Assembly (NCBI GenBank): GCA_011042225.1
Contig: DQXT01000033.1
Coordinates: forward strand, 1-50,714
Length of the DNA stretch: 50,714 bases
Reading direction: 5' to 3'
Source: Deltaproteobacteria bacterium
GTDB taxonomy: Bacteria > Desulfobacterota > Dissulfuribacteria > Dissulfuribacterales > UBA3076
The first letter of the stretch is position 1; each line of letters opens with the position of its first letter. Both the position numbers and the translations under genes were made by a program. Of this stretch, positions 28,895 through 36,860 are shown one piece after another. The notes under the pieces were generated by a model that saw only the letters and a list, made by a program, of their open reading frames with translations, made no database searches and was not told where the DNA came from.

Positions 28895-29962
28895 TTAAAG
28901 TGGGGTATTAGTTTGTGTCGAATCGGGGCTGGTCTTTTTGTTGGGTCTGTATTGGCGCCTGCGTTGATACCTATCTACAGCTCTATTATGTTCAGCCAGA
29001 GTCCGAGAAAAATAATGTTTGCCATTGTTTTTCGAAACAAAATAGAAATAATCCTTTTCTGATGGATAGAGAGTCGCCTTGATGGACTCCTTGCCGGGAT
29101 TTGAAATCGGTCCAATGGGCAATCCCCTGTTTACATAGGTGTTATAAGGAGTTTTTTTCCTAAGATCTTTCCATCTAAGACGACGCTTTTTTGTTTTGTT
29201 TTCCACAAGTATTCCGTAAAGGACGGTTGGATCCGCCTGAAGAGGCATATTTTTTTTAAGGCGATTCCAAAATACACAAGCTATCAGCGGCCTTTCTTTT
29301 GATTGCATGGCCTCTTTTTCAACTATGGAAGCGATAGTTACTATATCGTGGATTTGGACATCCAGTTCTTCTGTTCTGCGACTGAATTTTTCTGAATTCC
29401 ATACTTCCCAAAAATGATTTACAAATGTGCAGAGCATCTCATACGGAGTGGCATCCTTTGTCAATTGATAAGTGTCAGGGTAAACATAACCCTCGGCGCT
29501 GTCAGCTTCTATACCTAAAGTTCTTAAGATGTTTTTGTCTCGTGCCACATTGATGAATGAATCATCAGATATCAATTTCGCATTTGCAAGGAGGTCATCT
29601 ATTTGGAACAGGTTATAGCCTTCGGGAATGGTAATAATATATTGGCGGATTTTCCCTTTGACCAGATAATCCAGAATCTCTGCAGGGGTTTGAGTTGGAG
29701 AAAGTTCGTATTCTCCAGCCTTTATCTTGGTCGTTGCATCTTTCCACCAGGCCAAGCAATAAAATGCCCTTTTGGATTTGATTAAACCCTCTGTTTCAAG
29801 CTTTTGTGCTACTGAAAAGAAGGTGCTCCCAATGGAGATCAATATGATCTTATTTTTGCCTGTTTCGGAAACAGGCAACGTACAATCTTTCCAGATCTGA
29901 TAGCCGGATAGAAAAACTGCGTAGAATAAAACGGGTACCCAAAATTCACGTATTATTCTCAT
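28895..29962 (-). CDS. mltG: endolytic transglycosylase MltG
   Basis: KAGEY, TIPEG, EGYVYPDTY, ASIVEKE (catalytic Glu), LQADPT, PYNTY, GLPIGPI and YFVS. Confidence 0.95.
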   Translation of the reverse strand: MRIIREFWVPVLFYAVFLSGYQIWKDCTLPVSETGKNKIILISIGSTFFSVAQKLETEGLIKSKRAFYCLAWWKDATTKIKAGEYELSPTQTPAEILDYLVKGKIRQYIITIPEGYNLFQIDDLLANAKLISDDSFINVARDKNILRTLGIEADSAEGYVYPDTYQLTKDATPYEMLCTFVNHFWEVWNSEKFSRRTEELDVQIHDIVTIASIVEKEAMQSKERPLIACVFWNRLKKNMPLQADPTVLYGILVENKTKKRRLRWKDLRKKTPYNTYVNRGLPIGPISNPGKESIKATLYPSEKDYFYFVSKNNGKHYFSRTLAEHNRAVDRYQRRRQYRPNKKTSPDSTQTNTPL

Positions 29963-29986
29963 ATTAATAAAATGCTTTATTCCCTA

Positions 29987-30601
29987 TCAGGCGGAAACAC
30001 CTGTAATATCTTTTGGATCAATTATACCTTCCCTTATAATCTTGAAGGGTTCGGTACACACATCTACGATCGTGGATGGCGCCCCTCCGGATGTAGGACC
30101 ACCATCCAGTATATAGTCAGGAGGGGGGGCTCGTAACTGATCCTTAATCTCCTCTGCGTTACAGGCGGCAGGGTATTTTGAGATATTTGCACTCGTTGCA
30201 GTCATAGGACTCCCCAGGGCTGTTACCAGGGAATGGGCCCATGAATGGCTAGAAATTCTCACCCCTACTTTTCCTGTATTTGCACAAAGTGGCCACGGTA
30301 ATCCAGGTTTAGCCGGTAAAAGCAGGGTCAAAGGACCAGGCCAAAATCGCTCCATTAAGACAACCGCAGTCGCGGGAACTTGTCTGACCAAATGTATAAG
30401 ATCTGAAATATTTGAAATGAGGATCAAAAGGGGTTTATACCTTGGCCTCTTTTTGATTATATAGATCCGTTCAAGGGCATAGACCTGCTTTATTGAGGCC
30501 CCCAACCCATAGCTCGTCTCTGTGGGAAAGGCTACCACTCCACCTTTACGCATTATATCTGCAGCTTGTTGAATTAATGCGTGGTCGGTTGATAAAACCA
30601 T
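29987..30601 (-). CDS. tsaC: L-threonylcarbamoyladenylate synthase (Sua5/YrdC)
   Basis: VAFPTETSYGLG, KKRP, FWPGPLT, TSANIS and PSTIVD. Confidence 0.93.
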   Translation of the reverse strand: MVLSTDHALIQQAADIMRKGGVVAFPTETSYGLGASIKQVYALERIYIIKKRPRYKPLLILISNISDLIHLVRQVPATAVVLMERFWPGPLTLLLPAKPGLPWPLCANTGKVGVRISSHSWAHSLVTALGSPMTATSANISKYPAACNAEEIKDQLRAPPPDYILDGGPTSGGAPSTIVDVCTEPFKIIREGIIDPKDITGVSA

Positions 30602-30633
30602 TCGCCTCAGAGTTATTTCATTTCCACCAAATT

Positions 30634-32442
30634 TTAAATTTCAGGTTGCATCTCTTCTATCTTTCTTGCCTGAGTCTCTCTATATTCCTTTAGCCTCTTT
30701 GCAATATCCCGATCTTCCAATGCCAAAATCTGAAGTGCCAACAAAGCGGCGTTCTTTGCCCCGGCCTCTCCTATCGCCATAGTCGCAACAGGAACCCCGG
30801 GAGGCATCTGGACAGTGGATAGTAAAGCATCAAGTCCACTCAACGATGAACTGTCTACCGGCACGCCTATAACAGGAAGTATGGTGTTGGCTGCCAAACT
30901 GCCGGCCAAGTGTGCGGCCATTCCGGCGCCAGCTATTAATACCTTTATTCCTCTGTTTTCCGCCTCTTTTGCATATATTGAAGTAAGTTCCGGAGAGCGA
31001 TGAGCTGAAGCAACCTTTAACTCACATAAGATACCAAACTCATTCAAAACATCCCTGGCTGCTTTCATAACCTCTTGGTCACTGAGGCTTCCCATTATAA
31101 TACCTACCTTGGCAGGGCTGCCAAAATGCGAGGGAACCGACTTGCCGGCCTTATCTGATATGTATCTGAGGGCCTTTTGACCAATATCCCTTCTGTAATG
31201 CATACCTTCCCAGGAAATTTGACCAACTGCTTTATACGCAAGGTCTATTGCCTCTGGAATCGTATCCCCGAGCGCCGTAACACCTAAAACTCTTCCACCG
31301 GATGTGACGAGTCGACCCCTTTCCTTGGCAGTCCCTGCGTGAAAGACCATTACGTCTTGCATCTCAGTCACTTTATCTAGACCGTGGATAACCTGGCCTG
31401 TCTCATAGCTTCCAGGATAGCCTCCGGAGGCGAGGACAACGCAGACAGCAGCCCTGGGATCCCACTCAAGCTCGACTTCATTTAACCTGCCTTCAAGTGC
31501 TGCCTCAATTACCTCCATCAGGTCAGTGCGAAGTCTCATCAGGATCGGTTGAGCCTCGGGATCACCGAACCGGCAGTTAAATTCCAAGACACTGGATATA
31601 CCATCTTTGATTATAATGCCACCATAAAGTACTCCCTGATAAGGCCTTTTTATCTTTGCCATGGCTTCTACTGTGGGCCTCATAACCGTATCCATTATAT
31701 CATCAAACAGGTTACCGCTTACCACAGGTGCTGGAGAATAAGCCCCCATACCACCGGTATTAGGCCCCTTATCATCATCAAATACAGGCTTATGGTCCTG
31801 AGAAGTAGCAAGGGGAAGGACTGTTCTTCCGTCTGTTATAGCCATGAAGGATGCCTCTTCTCCGGTGAGAAATTCCTCTACTATCAGACAATTACCTGCT
31901 TTACCAAAGGCATTTTTGCGAAGGATAAGGTCTATTGCCTCTTCCGCATCCGCGAGGGAGCGGGCCAGCAGCACCCCCTTGCCGGCTGCCAGCCCGTCTG
32001 CCTTTATTACAATTGGTACTCCAGTTATGTTCTTGATATAATCAAAAGCGGCATTCGGCTCGGCAAAGACCCTGTAGGCCCCTGTTCGTATACCGGCTTC
32101 AGTGAGCAGATCTTTTGAAAACACCTTACTTGCTTCAATCTGGGCAGCCGCTTTAGTAGGTCCGAACACCGCAAGTCCATGTTCGTTGAATCTGTCTACC
32201 AGACCTTCAGCCAGAGGAACCTCCGGACCCACCAATGTTATATCGATATCCTCCTTTTTGACAAACGATACAAGGCCATTAATGTCACAGACTTTTATAG
32301 GTACACAGACGGCATGTTGACTTATACCGGCATTGCCGGGCGCGCAGAATACTCTTGACACCTTTGGGCTGGACGCCAGCTTCCAGCAAAGGGCGTGTTC
32401 GCGGCCTCCTGAACCTATGACTAAAATTTTCTTCTTGTGCAT
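30634..32442 (-). CDS. purD-purE: fused phosphoribosylamine--glycine ligase (PurD) / PurE
   Basis: PurD: GSGGREHAL, VGPEVPL, KADGLAAGKGV, GPNTGGMGAY, EFNCRFGDPE, YRRDIG. PurE: IIMGSLSD, SAHRSP, AGAGMAAHL, QMPPGVPVAT. ATG32442 follows AGGGAG. Confidence 0.95.
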   Translation of the reverse strand: MHKKKILVIGSGGREHALCWKLASSPKVSRVFCAPGNAGISQHAVCVPIKVCDINGLVSFVKKEDIDITLVGPEVPLAEGLVDRFNEHGLAVFGPTKAAAQIEASKVFSKDLLTEAGIRTGAYRVFAEPNAAFDYIKNITGVPIVIKADGLAAGKGVLLARSLADAEEAIDLILRKNAFGKAGNCLIVEEFLTGEEASFMAITDGRTVLPLATSQDHKPVFDDDKGPNTGGMGAYSPAPVVSGNLFDDIMDTVMRPTVEAMAKIKRPYQGVLYGGIIIKDGISSVLEFNCRFGDPEAQPILMRLRTDLMEVIEAALEGRLNEVELEWDPRAAVCVVLASGGYPGSYETGQVIHGLDKVTEMQDVMVFHAGTAKERGRLVTSGGRVLGVTALGDTIPEAIDLAYKAVGQISWEGMHYRRDIGQKALRYISDKAGKSVPSHFGSPAKVGIIMGSLSDQEVMKAARDVLNEFGILCELKVASAHRSPELTSIYAKEAENRGIKVLIAGAGMAAHLAGSLAANTILPVIGVPVDSSSLSGLDALLSTVQMPPGVPVATMAIGEAGAKNAALLALQILALEDRDIAKRLKEYRETQARKIEEMQPEI

Positions 32443-32560
32443 GATCTTCTTCTCCCTGTATTTGTTCTCTAAACAAGGCAAGCTCACCCTACCATCGGGC
32501 ATGAAGGTGTCAACGCCTGTTCTGATAATTTTATGCCTTGAGTGCCCGAATTCTTAGTTA

Positions 32561-33927
32561 GTTTCCATCCGGAAACCCATGTTTTTTGGGTGTACTGACT
32601 GACACCGAGCAAGCGAAGTAGGTTGAGCGGATCATGACAGTGGAGATTTTGGAGTGATAGACGCCAATTTTCAGTTTACAGGATCACCAGAGGCGTTTGG
32701 GGGTGTCTCCAGGGCATACCTCTCCTGTCGTAATCAGACAATGACACCAGAACTATCCTTGATGCAACTCCATTTTCAACCTGGCCAGCACCGAAAGATT
32801 ATACGATACAATCGCACTCCAAACATACTGCCGAAAGCCCGGCCATCCAGTCCGGTTGCACCGGTTAAACCCAAAGGACCGCTTGAGCCTCGAAATGTTC
32901 GCTTCAATACCTGCACGGAAATTCCTGAGCTTCTTGTACACCCAGTTGCTCTTGACCATCTGGAGTACAGAAAGGCCCTTTCTCTTCGCGAACATGACAT
33001 CCTTGATCTTTTCTTTCTTGGCCCACTTGAGATTGTCTTCGGAGGCAAACCCTCCATCAGCTGCCGTCTGACGCGGTACCCTTCCGTAGAGGACTTTCTG
33101 CCTCTCTATCATGGGCTGAAACATCTGCGAATCGGCAGGATTTCCATGCACGACCACGCAGTCCGTGATAATGCCGGAATCTCCTCCTGTAAGAAAGACC
33201 TTGTGGCCAAACCGGGTATCGCGGCCGCCCTTGACAATGATGTCTGTGTGACATTCAAAGAACGAACTGACTTTCTCGGACGCCGGAACCTTCTCACCCC
33301 GAATGACCCGCCGTTCGGTCTGATCCATGACACGTCCGAGAATCGAAAGAGTCCGCTCAAGCTTTTCTCTCAGCACCCTGGCGCGTACCCCATTGCATCA
33401 GATCAACCCTGTCAAACGTCTTCAGGGCAAAAATGGCATACATTGCATATCCACGTGCGAACAGAAACATTGAGCAGGTCCTTATACGCCTTTTCCCGTA
33501 TCTTCTGTTTCTTGGCGTTCAGTATCGTAACCACCCGCTTCCTGACTACTCTCCGGTGATCAGCAAACGAGTATTCAGGCATGGGCTTCAACTCCTTGCC
33601 TGCAATAAGCAACCGCGTGATAACGCGGACTCCATCCTCAAGCAGTTTGGAATCCGTCGGATGATGGATGTTGCTCTCTACGGCCGTGGAGTCGATACGG
33701 ATCTTTCGACCCTTCTCAAGCTCCTGATCCAGGGCGTATTCGATCAAAACCTGATGGACCGCCTCCCACGTCGATGCGCTGATGGCCTTGATGTTTTCCT
33801 GCAGCACAGACCTGCTCGGATACTGATTTATATCCAGCCTTGCAAAGGCACGAAACGACTGAGAGTCTTCAAGGTGAAACGCCAGTTCCTCATAAGTCAG
33901 GCTCCGGTACTGTTTCAGGATGGAAAC
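32561..33927 (-). mobile_element. insertion sequence (IS5-like/ISNCY DDE transposase), internally deleted, non-autonomous
   Basis: Inverted repeats GTTTCCATCCGGAAAC (32561-32576) and GTTTCAGGATGGAAAC (33912-33927), 15/16 match. Flanks TAGTTA and TTGTTA resemble a 6-bp target duplication with one mismatch. Confidence 0.85.
32753..33920 (-). pseudogene. DDE transposase pseudogene (5' truncated, two frameshifts around 33380-33460)
   Basis: LKQYRSLTYEELAFHLEDSQSFRAFARL, RIDSTAVESNIHHPTDSKLL, EKVSSFFECHTDII, FGHKV, AADGGF and RAGIEANISRLKR, split across ORFs 33412..33807 and 32753..33376. Confidence 0.88.
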
Positions 33928-34121
33928 TTGTTAATCAAAATCTACAAAGTATATAATTCCTGAGCAAGAATCTTGACATCATGATATACATTAATGATTG
34001 ATTTAGAAAACGTCGACCCAGTCTTACAATAGTGTATGTTTAGGTTGTTTTATGACTGCTCACGGTTGAAATTTGAAATTAAAAGTAAAAATTGAGATTT
34101 AAGTAAAAGGCAAAAAGAAAA

Positions 34122-34868
34122 ATGTATGCGAAACTCAAAGAGTCACTGATGGATATAGCGGTAAAGAATGGTTTTATGGAAAGTGAGATAAATATTACGG
34201 CGAAAGTCCTGACACCTGAAGAAGCTATAGGTAAGACAGAAAGGAAGGATTTCCCGCTACTTAAAGGCAAGGAGTCCTTAATCCAGGCAAATTTCAAGAA
34301 TTCCCTGGGACAGGCATTTACTGACACGCCAAGGACCTACAGAGGAAAACTTGAAAAAATACTCGAATTTAAATTACAGGATAACGGTGAAAGGGCGCTC
34401 TTTGTCGCCACGTTAAACGCACTGATGCGATATGTAGGTATTATTAACGACACTGTTCACTGCAAAGGGGAGGAGCCGGAATGGTGTGCCGAGGAAATGG
34501 CCAAAACGATCATTGATAAATACAGCCCTGATGTCAAGATTGGAATCGTTGGTTTTCAGCCGGCAATAATTGATAATTTCTCCAGTAGATTATCTGCGGA
34601 AAATCTGAAAGTAACCGACCTTGATCGAGACAATATTAATAAAATAAAATATGGGGTGTCTATATGGGATGGTGAAGAAATGACAGAAGAAATATTTAAG
34701 ACCTGCGACGTTATTCTGGCGACAGGCTCGACAATAGTAAACGATTCCTTGTCACAGTTAATTTTTCTTTCAGATAGATATAAAAAGCCGATTTATCTCT
34801 ATGGTACAACTATCGCTGGAGCCAGCAGGTTTTTGAATTTGAAAAGACTGTGTTTTCAATCTTCTTGA
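34122..34868 (+). CDS. DUF364-family Rossmann-like protein
   Basis: ATLNAL, KIGIVGFQP, DVILATGSTIVN and LYGTT fit my recollection of the DUF364 pattern. Confidence 0.7.
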   Translation: MYAKLKESLMDIAVKNGFMESEINITAKVLTPEEAIGKTERKDFPLLKGKESLIQANFKNSLGQAFTDTPRTYRGKLEKILEFKLQDNGERALFVATLNALMRYVGIINDTVHCKGEEPEWCAEEMAKTIIDKYSPDVKIGIVGFQPAIIDNFSSRLSAENLKVTDLDRDNINKIKYGVSIWDGEEMTEEIFKTCDVILATGSTIVNDSLSQLIFLSDRYKKPIYLYGTTIAGASRFLNLKRLCFQSS

Positions 34869-34963
34869 GCATACATACATCCGGATAATTACTGATCTGT
34901 ATTAGTAGAATCGAATATTTTGGTAATCAGCACAGAGCACAATACAAAATTTAAGTAACGCAA

Positions 34964-35692
34964 TTAATGGCAACGAAGTAGAGGACTCAGTCCCCAGATT
35001 CTGAGACCCTTATCTTTTATGCCGGTAACCAGTAATGTAAGAAGCTCAACAAAGAGGTGCTCCGGAGGCGACGTCAGGGGATGATTTTCCACCAGAATTA
35101 TGTCTCCCGGCCTCGCATGCATCAGAATATGCTCAACTGAAGTACTAAAAAGTACCCCCGCTTTACGCCATCTGAGCTTTAGGGATGGATTTATCACCAA
35201 AAGACCTAGCTCTCTTGCCGTTTTTATCAACTGAAGATCCTTCCATCCGTGAGGGGGCATAAGAAAGCAGGCATCTCTTCCCTGAATGTCGCTTGCCAGT
35301 GTTACACACGGCTTGAGCATATGTCTTAATTCTATTCTGTTTTTAAATACAAGCGATCTGTAAGTCTCTCCATGGATCCCTATCTCAAAGGACTGCAAAG
35401 CGCGCATGGACCTAGGATTATCCCTGGCTTTTTTCTCTTCTATGAAAAATGTGGCTGGAATCTCAAGCTCATGGAGTCGTTTGCAAATGGGCTCTGTTAA
35501 AGGGTTTGGGCTCTGATCGAATACGAGACTTATTGCAGGCACATGTCTGGAACCATGGGTTAATACCCTGCCCCATAAAGTGGCCCTCGAGCAAAAAATC
35601 TCATATGCGCATGCAGCCAAGGCACCTGTGCCTCCAAGAAAAATAAGGCCCTTTAAACCACTCTTGGAAAAAATTCCAGTCGATTTCAGCAT
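34964..35692 (-). CDS. polysaccharide deacetylase (NodB/CE4)-like protein with degenerate active site
   Basis: N-terminal hydrophobic anchor, ISLVFDQSP, ATFF, EIGIHG, MPPHG and PGDIILV, in CE4 fold order. Confidence 0.75.
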   Translation of the reverse strand: MLKSTGIFSKSGLKGLIFLGGTGALAACAYEIFCSRATLWGRVLTHGSRHVPAISLVFDQSPNPLTEPICKRLHELEIPATFFIEEKKARDNPRSMRALQSFEIGIHGETYRSLVFKNRIELRHMLKPCVTLASDIQGRDACFLMPPHGWKDLQLIKTARELGLLVINPSLKLRWRKAGVLFSTSVEHILMHARPGDIILVENHPLTSPPEHLFVELLTLLVTGIKDKGLRIWGLSPLLRCH

Positions 35693-35711
35693 TGTCTTGC
35701 CCTCACTTATT

Positions 35712-36722
35712 TTACTTGCGACGTTCTAAAACAAACCAAGCAAGGCCATGGAGTAAGTCTCTTGTTTCTACCGGGGCAAAAGTCTCCAACCCTTTACAGG
35801 CCATACCAACCAAGGCCTTTGCACGCCTATGCGTATAATCCAATCCACCGGTATCGATCAGCAAATCCTTCACCCATATAAGTTCCTTTTTAGAGATACT
35901 GCCACCCTTGAGCAACTGCGACAACATTACTTTTTCTCTTGAAGACGCCTTCTCAATAGCCACGACAAGGGGCAGCGTAATTTTCCCTTCTGCAAGATCT
36001 GTACCGATGGCCTTTCCCAGCTCACTGGTATCTGCAGTATAGTCAAGAATATCGTCAATCATCTGAAATGCCTGGCCCAAATAAAGACCATAGTCACTGA
36101 GGGCTTGCACCTCTGGCTTCCCTGCACCGGCAAAAAGCGCCCCGATTTTACATGACACAGAAATCAGTGAGGCCGTCTTTTTGTTAATGATTTCTAAATA
36201 GGTCTTCTCGTCAAAACTCGGGGTCTCTACCTGTAAAAGCTGTAGAATTTCACCTTCAGACATCAAGGCGACTGTCTCTGCAATAGCCTTTGCAATGCGG
36301 ATATCGTCAAACCGGCTGGCAAGATCGAGGGCCTTGGCATAGAGAAAATCCCCAACCAGGACCGCGGCCTTATTACCCCATATTTTATAGGCAGGAGACC
36401 TGCCACGACGCATCACGCCTCCATCCACTACGTCATCGTGGAGAAGACTGGCAGCATGAAGATACTCAGGGACTGCCGAAAGATTGAACACATCTTCATC
36501 GTCTCTGCCTAACAGTCTTGCTGCACATACAGTTAGTAAAGGCCTTAAACGTTTCCCCCCTGCAAAAAGGATATACCGGCTTATTTCATTTACCAAAGGT
36601 ATGTGAGAAGCAAAATGCCTGCTCAATACCAGCTCAATTTTCTCAAAATCCGGTCTGAAAGAGTCTAAAATGCCCTTGAGATTAGATCTGTAGTCAGATA
36701 CCTGCTCTGGGAATACTTCCAC
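35712..36722 (-). CDS. ispB: polyprenyl diphosphate synthase (IspB-like)
   Basis: GGKRLRP, LLHDDVVD, RRG, KTA, FQMIDDILD and DLAEGKITLP. Confidence 0.9.
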   Translation of the reverse strand: MEVFPEQVSDYRSNLKGILDSFRPDFEKIELVLSRHFASHIPLVNEISRYILFAGGKRLRPLLTVCAARLLGRDDEDVFNLSAVPEYLHAASLLHDDVVDGGVMRRGRSPAYKIWGNKAAVLVGDFLYAKALDLASRFDDIRIAKAIAETVALMSEGEILQLLQVETPSFDEKTYLEIINKKTASLISVSCKIGALFAGAGKPEVQALSDYGLYLGQAFQMIDDILDYTADTSELGKAIGTDLAEGKITLPLVVAIEKASSREKVMLSQLLKGGSISKKELIWVKDLLIDTGGLDYTHRRAKALVGMACKGLETFAPVETRDLLHGLAWFVLERRK

Positions 36723-36860
36723 CTATTAAAAACCCCCTTTCCTAATTTTAAACAAGGAAATAACATAGAAAATGACAAAGGGCTATGCTCAAACAATTAT
36801 TCGATCTCTTGTCTGCAGTTATGAACCGTTATATGCTCAAGTTATACTTTTTAATAGCTA

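Noticed and set aside
32654-33559. 301-aa plus-strand ORF
   Set aside because: Antisense shadow of the transposase pseudogene with no recognisable motifs.
34030-34060. ModE/TunR-like operator upstream of the DUF364 gene
   Set aside because: Only a weak partial palindrome, and I cannot match it to a consensus with confidence.
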